From assembly GCA_034723395.1 (NCBI GenBank), contig JAYEOW010000029.1:1-64000 (forward strand): DNA of 64,000 bases. The letters are read 5' to 3'. Below, piece after piece: positions 19,462 through 28,248 of the stretch. Within the stretch, counting starts at the first letter, position 1. Each line of letters begins with the position of its first letter. The notes below the pieces were generated by a model that saw nothing but the letters and a program-made list of their open reading frames with translations, did not search any database and was not told the origin of the DNA. This stretch comes from Candidatus Margulisiibacteriota bacterium. Its GTDB lineage: Bacteria; Margulisbacteria; WOR-1; O2-12-FULL-45-9. A program made the translations under genes and the position numbers.

Positions 19462-22135
19462 GCAGGTATCTTTGTCCGTAGATCGCGCGGCCACCGCTGG
19501 CGTAGTCTTCCCAAAAAACATAAAAGCTGCCGCCCGATTCGCTGGCGATAATTTTGGGGTTTCTGCCGCCATTAACAGTATTTATTTTTATCCCATTTTC
19601 ATCCCAGATCGACTGTCCGACACTGTCTAGTTTTTGAACATAAAGCTCGTAATTTTTTCCGCTTCGATAGTCTTCCCAGATAATTAATACGTTTTCATCG
19701 TTTAATTTAACCACCTGCGGAGAATATTGTGTATGCGGGATAAGGGCGACCGGTATTCCTTTCGGGTTCCAGGATAACTTCCCGGACAGATCGATCGCGC
19801 CGGCAAAAATATCCCAATTCCCATATCGATAATCTTCCCAGACCAACACATTCGAATTTCCAAATTTAGCGTTCTGTTGGGTTCGGCCCGACTGGTTTAT
19901 CGGGATCCCATCCTTCATCCAGACCGGCTGGCCCCCTTTATTTACCCTTTGCGCGTAAATATCGTAGCTCCCACCGCCGCGATCGGTCCAGGCGATCATG
20001 GCTCCACCATTGCCGTCCGATATTATTTTCGGCCGCCGCTGTACGTCCGGAGCGCCGCAGACGATTGCTCCATCTTCCTGCCAGAGAGGGGCCCCTTTAC
20101 TGTTTACCCTTTGCGCGTAAATGTCCGGATTCCGGTCGCCGCGCCGATAATCGGTCCAGGCGAGAATTGCTCCGCCGGACCCGTCAGAGATCATATCTGC
20201 GTCAATTTGGTTTCCATTGGCTGAAATGATGGCTTTTCCCTGGCTGCCCCATAAAAGTTTTCCTTTGGGACTTACTCTTTGAGCGTAGACATCCTGCAGA
20301 CTTAAAACATTCCGGTTGTCCTGCCAGGCGATGATCGTTCCGCCGGCATCGTCGGAGACCATTAGCGGATTTGTCTGGTGGACCGGAACCTTGGATAACG
20401 GCAGGCTGCTCGCCCAAACTTTTTTCCCGCTTCGGTTGATCCTTTGGGCGCGGATCATCGGGAACTGTTTGATGCGGTAGTCTTCCCAGGAGATAATCGC
20501 TCCCCCTTTCCCGTCCGACACTATCCGGGGGGACAATTGATTGGCCGCGACTTTGGCGATCGCGGTCCCGTGCTGTCCCCAGGCTAGCTTCCCGGCGGGA
20601 GTGATCTTTTGTGCATAAATATTAAAAAATCCTGACCGGGCGTCTTCGAAAACCAGAATGATCTCGCCGTATTCGGTAAAGATGAGGCTCAGGTTTTGCT
20701 GGATGACCGATCCAATGGCCGACCCGATTATGTTCCCGTTTTTACCCCAGAGCAGTTCCCCGGCGGGAGTAAGTTTTTGGGCGTGAATGTCATAGTTTCC
20801 ACTCCTTTTATCTTCCCAGGCGATAATTACGTTTCCCGATGGGGAGGCGACCAGGGAGGGGGATTCCTGCGATTGGGTCGTGGAGGCCAGGGGGATGCCG
20901 TTGGTGTGCCAGATGGGGATTCCCGAACTGTTGATTTTTTGGGCGAAGAGATCGGACCTTCCTTTTCTTGAATCTTCCCAAATCACAACCCAGTCTTGGC
21001 TGTTTAGTTTTACGATTTCTGGATTTTTTTGGGTGCCGTTCGCTATGGTGACCGGCCGGCCGTTTTCCTGCCAAGCGGTCTTTCCGTCGTGGTAGATCCG
21101 CTGGGCATAGATATCGCTTTTTTCCGCGCGGTGGTCGGTCCAGATAACGATCGCTCCCCCGGCGCCATCCTTTGACAATCTCGGGTTCTCCTGCGCGAAG
21201 GGGAGTTTGCAGGCGGCTATACCATCTTTATTCCAGAGCAATTTTCCTTTGAGATCGATCTTTTGAAGGTAGATATCAAAGTTCCCGGAGCGGGCGTCAT
21301 TCCAGGCGAGAATAGCCCCATTTTCTGCCGACATAATAACCGGACGCTCTTGGTTCCCGGGAGAAAGGGAGACCGCTTTTCCCTCTTTTTCCCAAAGCAG
21401 GTTGCCCAAGGCGTCGATCCTCTGCGCGTAAATATTATTGTCCGAAGCGCTGGTCCTTCCGTCGGTCCAGACGATGATCGCGCCGCCGGACCCATCACCG
21501 GTTATCTTGGGATACCACTGAGTTCCGCTGCTGATCGATACCGCGACCCCGTCTTTTTGCCACAACGGGTTTCCCTTGCTATCAATCCTCTGCGCGAAGA
21601 TGTCTTCACCTTTCCTTCCGCGGTAATCGTGCCAAGTAATGATCGCACCGCCGTGCCCGTCGGAGGTGATCTCCGGAGCGAACTGTCCAGCCGCCGCCTG
21701 GCAGATCGGGATCCCGTCCCTTCCCCAAAGCGGGGAGCCGTTGCTGCTTATTTTCTGGGCAAAGATGTCGGAATTCCCATTGCGGTAGTCTTGCCACACG
21801 ACGACCACCCCGTTTAACCCATCGGTAATCAATTGCGGGAAGTTTTGATTGCCCGCAGATTTTCCGGCGGCAATTCCGTGTTTAGCCCAAAGCGGAACAC
21901 CAGCCCGGTCGATCTTCTGAAGGTAAACGTTATAGTAACCGGACCGTCCATCTTCCCAGGCGAGAAAGTAGCCGTTACTCCCGTTACTGATTATTTTTGG
22001 GTTTTGCTGCGGGCTATTCCCCGGGGTATCGTTAACGATGAGCCCATAAGTTGACCAGGCCGCTTTGGGGGTTTCCTGTGCGTAGGTTGGCGGGACCAAA
22101 AGGAGGCAGCATATTAAAATTGATAAAAATCTCAT
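19454..22135 (-). CDS. Secreted tandem-repeat (probable beta-propeller) protein
   Basis: Signal peptide; about 16 repeats of DG.GG.I..W.D.R.G..DI.AQ.I...G..LW...G. Confidence 0.8.
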   Translation of the reverse strand: MRFLSILICCLLLVPPTYAQETPKAAWSTYGLIVNDTPGNSPQQNPKIISNGSNGYFLAWEDGRSGYYNVYLQKIDRAGVPLWAKHGIAAGKSAGNQNFPQLITDGLNGVVVVWQDYRNGNSDIFAQKISSNGSPLWGRDGIPICQAAAGQFAPEITSDGHGGAIITWHDYRGRKGEDIFAQRIDSKGNPLWQKDGVAVSISSGTQWYPKITGDGSGGAIIVWTDGRTSASDNNIYAQRIDALGNLLWEKEGKAVSLSPGNQERPVIMSAENGAILAWNDARSGNFDIYLQKIDLKGKLLWNKDGIAACKLPFAQENPRLSKDGAGGAIVIWTDHRAEKSDIYAQRIYHDGKTAWQENGRPVTIANGTQKNPEIVKLNSQDWVVIWEDSRKGRSDLFAQKINSSGIPIWHTNGIPLASTTQSQESPSLVASPSGNVIIAWEDKRSGNYDIHAQKLTPAGELLWGKNGNIIGSAIGSVIQQNLSLIFTEYGEIILVFEDARSGFFNIYAQKITPAGKLAWGQHGTAIAKVAANQLSPRIVSDGKGGAIISWEDYRIKQFPMIRAQRINRSGKKVWASSLPLSKVPVHQTNPLMVSDDAGGTIIAWQDNRNVLSLQDVYAQRVSPKGKLLWGSQGKAIISANGNQIDADMISDGSGGAILAWTDYRRGDRNPDIYAQRVNSKGAPLWQEDGAIVCGAPDVQRRPKIISDGNGGAMIAWTDRGGGSYDIYAQRVNKGGQPVWMKDGIPINQSGRTQQNAKFGNSNVLVWEDYRYGNWDIFAGAIDLSGKLSWNPKGIPVALIPHTQYSPQVVKLNDENVLIIWEDYRSGKNYELYVQKLDSVGQSIWDENGIKINTVNGGRNPKIIASESGGSFYVFWEDYASGGRAIYGQRYLLN

Positions 22136-24372
22136 TAAGCAGCCTCGGCGAGCTTCATTGAAATCACTTTCGATACTCCTGGTTCCTCCATGGTAATTCC
22201 ATAGATGTTATTTGCAACCGCCATGGTGCGTTTGTTATGGGTGATCATAATGATCTGGCTCTGTGCGGAAAAATCTCTGACGATATCGGCAAAGCGCCCG
22301 ATATTCGCGTCATCCAGTGCCGCATCGACTTCATCTAAAAAGCAGAAAGGACTGGGACGGATCTTAAGCAGCGAGAAAAGTACCGCGATTGCCGATAAAG
22401 CCCTTTCTCCTCCGGACAAAATATGCAGCGGGAGCCATTTTCGGCCAGAAGGCTTGACCGAGATCTCGATATCAGACTCAAGCGCGGATGTTCCCGGCGA
22501 CAGCGTGATTTTTGCTTCTCCTCCGACAAAAAGTTTGGCAAAGGTTTCTGAAAATACTCCGGAAAGTTTTTCCATTGTTTCCAGGAAGGTCTGTTCGGCT
22601 TTGATGTCAAGCTCAATGATCAAGCTGCGCAGGTTATCGCGCGCTGAGTTCAGGTCGGTAAGCTGAGTTTCGATGAAATTTAGCCGTTCTCTTTCTTTTT
22701 CAAATTCTTCAATGGCTAAAAGGTTGACTGGTTCAAGCGCGCGCAGTTTCTGTTTTCCCGATTCGACCTCACTTTTGGTTTTAGATATGTTTGTCGCTTT
22801 TTGGGGGAGGGTGGCGGCTTCTTCCAGGCTAAGGTTATATTCGAGGGATAGCTTTTCCCGGATGCCATTTAGTTCGCCCTCAAGTTTCGCTAGAGAGATC
22901 GCGAGTGCGTTCTCTTCGTCTATGCTCTTTCTCTCGGATTGGCTGTCTTCCCGGATCTTTTCTTCTAGAACAGCGATCTTTTGCGAAAGACCTTCCTTTA
23001 CCTGTTTTTTCTGGACCAGCATCGATGGGGTGGTTTGGACGGCCTTTGCGTCGCCAATCTTTGAATTTAAGTTTTCCAGTTGTGTCCGGTGGGCCTGAAG
23101 GGCAAAACAGACCCGTTCTTTTTCTTTTTCGTTCCTTTTTTTCTCTTCCTCGAACATTTCGAGCCGCATTTTATAAGCCTCTTCTTTTTCGGCGTTATCT
23201 CCAAGATCGAGGGAGAAAGGTTTTGCTTTGCCGAAAAAGGAGAAGATAGAAGAGAGTTTGCTTACCAGGTTCGAGGCCTGATCTAAAACGGTTTCCAAAG
23301 ACGATGATAGGGGGGTTGAAGAAAGATCGAGCTTTTTCATCCCCTCTTTCAGCTTTACCCGGGCAAGTTCGACCTTCTCTTTTATCTCCCTGGATTTTTC
23401 TTCAAGTTCGGACAGTATTCGCTCCTCGCGTTTTACTTCACCATCGGTAAAGCGGCAATCGAGCTCAATATCGCGTACTTTATCCTTATCTTCTTCGAGT
23501 TTGATCAGGATATCGTCGATCTCGATTTCTAATTTGCGGTGTTCATCTTTTAAAACCTTTAGTTCTTCAAAATCTTTTTCTTCGGCCTGTTTCTTTGTCT
23601 GTGACTGCTGTTTTACCCGGTCGAGCTCGGACATTAGCCGGTCTTTCTTCTCATTTATATTTTCGATCATCCGATTGCACAGTCCGATGTCCAGATCTTT
23701 GATCTGGGATTGGATCTCAAGATATTCGCGCGCTTTGCGGGCCTGCTCTTCCAGGGTGATGATGTGTTCACCGACTTCTATCTTTAGGTCATTAATGCGC
23801 AGGATATTCTGTTCGGCGGCGATCAGCTTTTTCTCCGCCGAATATTTTCTGAACTTATACTTGTTGATCCCTGCCGCCTCTTCGAAGACTGCCCGGCGTT
23901 CCCCCCCCTTGCTGGAGAGGATCGCGTCTACCTGGCCCTGGGTGATGATCGAATAGGTCCCTTCCCCTAATCCGGTATCAAGCAGCAGGTCGCGGATATC
24001 TTTTAAACGGCACTGGTTTTTATTAATAAAAAATTCGCTCTCGCCCTCACGGAAAGTGCGGCGCTTGATGGCGACCTCTTCAAAAGCGAGAGGCAGTTTT
24101 CCGGAGGAGTTATCAAAAACTAAGGTGACTTCGGCCAGGGAGAGGGCTCTTTTAGCGGTGGTTCCGGTAAAGATAATATCGGCTAAGCTGGCGACCCTTA
24201 GATCGCGCGGATTATTTTCTCCCAATACCCAGCGGGTAGCGTCCAAAAGATTGCTTTTCCCGCATCCATTAGGCCCGACGATCGCGGTAATGCGCGCATT
24301 TTCGGTAAATTCGACCTCGACTGGATCGGCAAAGGTCTTAAAACCCCGCAAGATAAGAGATTTTAAAAACAT
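22135..24372 (-). CDS. smc: Short SMC-family ATPase (about 745 aa), no recognisable hinge
   Basis: MFLKSL..RGFKTF, GPNGCGKSN, ITQGQV, FEEAAGI, PVNLLAIEE, LSGGE, FCFLDEVDAALD, ITH; start at ATG 24372. Confidence 0.85.
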   Translation of the reverse strand: MFLKSLILRGFKTFADPVEVEFTENARITAIVGPNGCGKSNLLDATRWVLGENNPRDLRVASLADIIFTGTTAKRALSLAEVTLVFDNSSGKLPLAFEEVAIKRRTFREGESEFFINKNQCRLKDIRDLLLDTGLGEGTYSIITQGQVDAILSSKGGERRAVFEEAAGINKYKFRKYSAEKKLIAAEQNILRINDLKIEVGEHIITLEEQARKAREYLEIQSQIKDLDIGLCNRMIENINEKKDRLMSELDRVKQQSQTKKQAEEKDFEELKVLKDEHRKLEIEIDDILIKLEEDKDKVRDIELDCRFTDGEVKREERILSELEEKSREIKEKVELARVKLKEGMKKLDLSSTPLSSSLETVLDQASNLVSKLSSIFSFFGKAKPFSLDLGDNAEKEEAYKMRLEMFEEEKKRNEKEKERVCFALQAHRTQLENLNSKIGDAKAVQTTPSMLVQKKQVKEGLSQKIAVLEEKIREDSQSERKSIDEENALAISLAKLEGELNGIREKLSLEYNLSLEEAATLPQKATNISKTKSEVESGKQKLRALEPVNLLAIEEFEKERERLNFIETQLTDLNSARDNLRSLIIELDIKAEQTFLETMEKLSGVFSETFAKLFVGGEAKITLSPGTSALESDIEISVKPSGRKWLPLHILSGGERALSAIAVLFSLLKIRPSPFCFLDEVDAALDDANIGRFADIVRDFSAQSQIIMITHNKRTMAVANNIYGITMEEPGVSKVISMKLAEAA

Positions 24373-24457
24373 CTTATAATGTAATATAGCAAAAAAAAGC
24401 CTATTCATCAACTAAGCTATTTGCAACTTGAAGCCGGTGTGTTAAAATGATCGAAAA

Positions 24458-25705
24458 ATGAGAAGAAATTTTACTCTTTTACTCCTAATTCTTTTATTTG
24501 CCTCAACAGTTGTTGCAGGGATATTTATTTATGAACCAAAGGACAAGCTTATTACTTTTAATGAAGTAGAAATGCTTAAAGGCGTCGGTAAAAACCTGGA
24601 TATACTAAAAATTAACGATCAGAAGATAGGATTTAGTGCCAACGGTAATTTTAGCTGCGGACTGATCCTTTCGCGCGGAAAGAATCTGGTTGAGATAAGA
24701 GCGCTGGATAAAAATGGAGAGCATTTCACAAAAGAGGTGCGTATCCTAAGCTTAAAAAATTATCCGGACATCGAAACCCTTTACGACGGGAAAAAACATT
24801 GGGCCAGGACACAGATCATTTACCTTTCGACCATCGGCGTGATCGAAGGGTATCCCGATGGTGGTTTTTACCCGGGGAATCCGATCACCCGCGGAGAGTT
24901 GGCGACCTGGATCGCGCGGGCGAAGAAGTTGAGCGTAGCAAAGCTTGGCGGAGATCCGTTTTTTGATGTTCCAAAAGAGCGTTGGCGAGCACCATATATC
25001 AAGGCGGTGGTGGATGCCGGCTTTATGCGCGGCTATGATAATGACACATTTGGGATTGATGAGCCAATATCCAGGCGTCAGGTGGCCGAAGTCGCCGTTT
25101 TAACCGAGGGGTATGAGGCGGTTGAGCGGATAAAACCGATCTTTGTCGACGTTCCCAAAGAAGAACAGGGCGCATTCCCAATCTATGTTGCGCGGGAAAA
25201 AGGTTTGGTATTGGGAGTATCAAAAGATATCGACGTTTTTGAGCCGGACCGGGCGTTGACCCGGGCGGAAGCGGCCGCGCTGATTTCGAGATTTAAGATC
25301 TCTGCTGAACGGATAAAATATCTATTTAGCTTTGAAAAAGGTTTTGATAATGGCCGGCGCTGCAAAGTAAATCTTCCGCCAAAAATATTATCATTTTCGG
25401 TCGGGCCGGGTGAACTTAAAGCAAATAAACAAAACGTTGTAAAAGTCAGGGTTAAGATTGCCGATCGCGAAAATTTCTTCCCGATATCCAAGGTAAAGGT
25501 CGATCTTTCCGAAATTGGCGGGGCGCCGGACGCAGAGATGTTCGATAATGCTTCGCATGGGGACGAGAAGAAGGGGGATATGGTCTACTCCCTAAATCTT
25601 TCCCTCGAGCCGATAGAGAGCGGCAGTAAAAGCCTAATGGTTACAGCAATCGATCGGTTGGGATGGGAGAGCAGAAAAGAGGCATTCCTGCTCGTAATAG
25701 AATAA
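24458..25705 (+). CDS. Secreted S-layer-homology (SLH) protein with Ig-like and choice-of-anchor-X-like domains
   Basis: Signal peptide; SLH motifs GYPDGGFYPGNPITRGE, FDVPKERW, FEPDRALTRAEAA; DLSEIGG...MFDNASHGDEKKGDMVYS. Confidence 0.8.
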   Translation: MRRNFTLLLLILLFASTVVAGIFIYEPKDKLITFNEVEMLKGVGKNLDILKINDQKIGFSANGNFSCGLILSRGKNLVEIRALDKNGEHFTKEVRILSLKNYPDIETLYDGKKHWARTQIIYLSTIGVIEGYPDGGFYPGNPITRGELATWIARAKKLSVAKLGGDPFFDVPKERWRAPYIKAVVDAGFMRGYDNDTFGIDEPISRRQVAEVAVLTEGYEAVERIKPIFVDVPKEEQGAFPIYVAREKGLVLGVSKDIDVFEPDRALTRAEAAALISRFKISAERIKYLFSFEKGFDNGRRCKVNLPPKILSFSVGPGELKANKQNVVKVRVKIADRENFFPISKVKVDLSEIGGAPDAEMFDNASHGDEKKGDMVYSLNLSLEPIESGSKSLMVTAIDRLGWESRKEAFLLVIE

Positions 25706-25709
25706 TTTA

Positions 25710-27371
25710 ATGAAAAAGTTTTTAATATTATTAATAGGCTTATCGGTTATCGTATCTCCGTCTTTTGCGGAATTAAAAGAGCTTGGAATTAATCCGCTGC
25801 GCTTAGAATTGGGGAGCAGACCGTTGGGGATGGGTGGGGCATTTACCGCGATCAGCGACGTGAACTCGGTGCTTTATAACCCGGGCGGCCTGGCTTGGGC
25901 AAAGGGAGTTTCGCTAACTTATCAGGACCCGCAGAATCTCTCATTTTTACAGGCTTACCCCAATGGGGAGGGATCGTCTGCCGGCTTGGCTATCCTAAAG
26001 AAAACTTACTCCGGGATCCCTTTCCAAATAGGGGAGGCAAATTCAGGGAGCACGATCGTCTTACTATCTTATGGGACAAAACTAAACGCAATCCCGCGGC
26101 TCTACAAAAATCCTTTCTTTAAAAGATTCGGCATTGGCATAACGTTAAAAGGGCTGGTAGGGCAGACCCTAAGGCGGACGGGGTATTTTGACCGTTCGGC
26201 GACTGGATGGGATATCGATCTTGGCGTGATCTGGAAGGGTGGAGAGTGGTGGTCGGCCGGGGCAGCTCTGCATAATATATTACCGATAAATACTTTGGGC
26301 GGCGGAGCGGTGATCTGGGATGTGGGAGGGGAAGAGGGGATCCCGGCCTCTTTTAGATTTGGCAGTTCAGCAAAAATTATCGGTGACCTTGATGCTCCGA
26401 TCTTTATGGAGGATCGAGAACTTATACTAAGCGGAGAGATCGATTTTTCGCGCATTAGAACGAGTCAGCTTAAATTAGGGGGAGAATGGTATTTCCAAAA
26501 ACGGTTCTATCTCCGCAGCGGGATTGTAGCCGGGGATGAAACCGATATTAACCTGGGAGCCGGTTTTAGGCGGGAAGATTGGGGGATTGACCTGGCATAT
26601 TATCGGGAGCCGATTAAGAACGAAAGATACATCTCGGCCTCGCTCTCCTATTATCCAAAGGAGTGGGTGGTCCTTAAAAAATTAGATATCGCAAAACCAA
26701 CCGTCATGCTTGAAAGGCCGATCGAAGAGCTTTCTTTAGAAGACAACATTGTAACTTATGATGACCGGATCGAAATTAACGGCCGCGTAAAACCGGGGGT
26801 AAAAGTTTACATCAATGGGCTCCCCGCATCACTAGACAAGAATAACGCGTTTAAAGTCGTGGTTCCCCTCCGATTAAAGAAAAATTTAATTATTGTTGAG
26901 GCGCGCTACGAAGGGGAGAGGAAGGTCTGGAAATATAAAGTTTTTAGAAAAGCTAAGATAAAGGTGTTGGAAGAAGAGCAATTAAAGAAAAAATTAAAAG
27001 AAGCAAAGAGCGCAAAAGAAAAGGCGGCGCTAGAGGCTAAAGAAAAAGAGATAGCAAGGAAGAAAAATAGGGTTGAATCATTTGTTACCATGGGAGTGAT
27101 AGAAATTACCCCCGAGTCCGAATTTGTAATGGAGGCTCAAATTACAAGGGGAGAACTTGCCACCTGGTTAGTGAGGGCGGCGGGGATGAGAATTCCCGAA
27201 GTAAAAAGGGATCTCTATAAAGATGTGCCCAAAGACCATCCGCTTGCCCCATATATTAAAGCGGTTACCGATATGAAGTTGCTGCAGCCGTTCCCGGATG
27301 GGACCTTCCGGCCGGGAGCATTTGTCTCCAAACAAGAGGGCGAAGAGATATTTAAGCGTTTTGGCAGATAA
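25710..27371 (+). CDS. PorV/PorQ (FadL-like) beta-barrel fused to Ig-like, coiled-coil and C-terminal SLH domains
   Basis: GSRPLGMGGAFTAISDVNSVLYNPGGLAW; barrel strands ending FYLRSG...GAGF...IDLAY; ITRGELA...YKDVPKDHP...PFPDGTFRPG. Confidence 0.75.
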   Translation: MKKFLILLIGLSVIVSPSFAELKELGINPLRLELGSRPLGMGGAFTAISDVNSVLYNPGGLAWAKGVSLTYQDPQNLSFLQAYPNGEGSSAGLAILKKTYSGIPFQIGEANSGSTIVLLSYGTKLNAIPRLYKNPFFKRFGIGITLKGLVGQTLRRTGYFDRSATGWDIDLGVIWKGGEWWSAGAALHNILPINTLGGGAVIWDVGGEEGIPASFRFGSSAKIIGDLDAPIFMEDRELILSGEIDFSRIRTSQLKLGGEWYFQKRFYLRSGIVAGDETDINLGAGFRREDWGIDLAYYREPIKNERYISASLSYYPKEWVVLKKLDIAKPTVMLERPIEELSLEDNIVTYDDRIEINGRVKPGVKVYINGLPASLDKNNAFKVVVPLRLKKNLIIVEARYEGERKVWKYKVFRKAKIKVLEEEQLKKKLKEAKSAKEKAALEAKEKEIARKKNRVESFVTMGVIEITPESEFVMEAQITRGELATWLVRAAGMRIPEVKRDLYKDVPKDHPLAPYIKAVTDMKLLQPFPDGTFRPGAFVSKQEGEEIFKRFGR

Positions 27372-27372
27372 G

Positions 27373-28248
27373 ATGAAAATAGGACTATTAATACTATTAA
27401 TGATAATGAATATATTGCCGGCGGCGGTTTCTGCGCAAAAAACCGTGGAGGCAGAGGGAGAAGCTTTGACCAAGGGGGAAGCGGTGATGCTCCTTTCGGC
27501 AACCGATTTTATGCGTAAAAAGATCGCTGACCTATTCTCGTGGACGATCGGTTATGATATTTCAAAACTTAGCCGGGTTAAACTTACTCCGAGCATAAAT
27601 TATGTTAGAGTGGTCCCGCGTAAAATTCCTCCAGACGGTAGAACTGTATTTGAAATCGTTGCCTCGGTTGATGATCCCGGCGGGCTTGGGAATGTTGCCG
27701 GAGTAAGGGCGGATCTAAGCTCGATCGGTCGGCTGCCGAACATGATGCTGGTAGATAACGGGCTTTTTGGCGATGAAAAAGCAGAAGATGGGATCTATAC
27801 ACTGCAGTCAAGTATCCCGATCGATATCGAGATTGGGAAAAAAGAGGTGCAGGTTGCGGTTGCCAATAAAAAGGGATGGCTTGCTTTGGCGAAAACAAGC
27901 ATAGACATCAAGAAGAACCCGACTATAGCTGTGGCCAGGTTTACTCCAGACCGTGTAAAAGCAGATGGGTGGGATAACGTAATTTTAACCGTCAAGATCG
28001 ATAATCCGGGTAGAAGCGAGGATCTTAGGGGGGTAACCGCGGACCTGCGCGCGTTCGGGTATGGTAAACTTCTTTTGTTAAGGGACGACGGAAAAGGGGG
28101 AGATCTGGTGGCGAGGGACGATGTATACAGCTTAAAGTTCATCGTCCCGAGAGGGATCAAGCCGGGAGAGTATCCAATAAGGATCGGCGCCTCGAATCTG
28201 GCGTCGGGGTACGTTGCGGCCGATATTTTGTTGAAGGTATATAATTAA
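27373..28248 (+). CDS. Secreted protein with two choice-of-anchor-X-like domains
   Basis: Signal peptide from ATG 27373 (MKIGLL...); ADLSSIG..LVDNGLFGDEKAEDGIYT and ADLRAFG..LRDDGKGGDLVARDDVYS. Confidence 0.7.
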   Translation: MKIGLLILLMIMNILPAAVSAQKTVEAEGEALTKGEAVMLLSATDFMRKKIADLFSWTIGYDISKLSRVKLTPSINYVRVVPRKIPPDGRTVFEIVASVDDPGGLGNVAGVRADLSSIGRLPNMMLVDNGLFGDEKAEDGIYTLQSSIPIDIEIGKKEVQVAVANKKGWLALAKTSIDIKKNPTIAVARFTPDRVKADGWDNVILTVKIDNPGRSEDLRGVTADLRAFGYGKLLLLRDDGKGGDLVARDDVYSLKFIVPRGIKPGEYPIRIGASNLASGYVAADILLKVYN

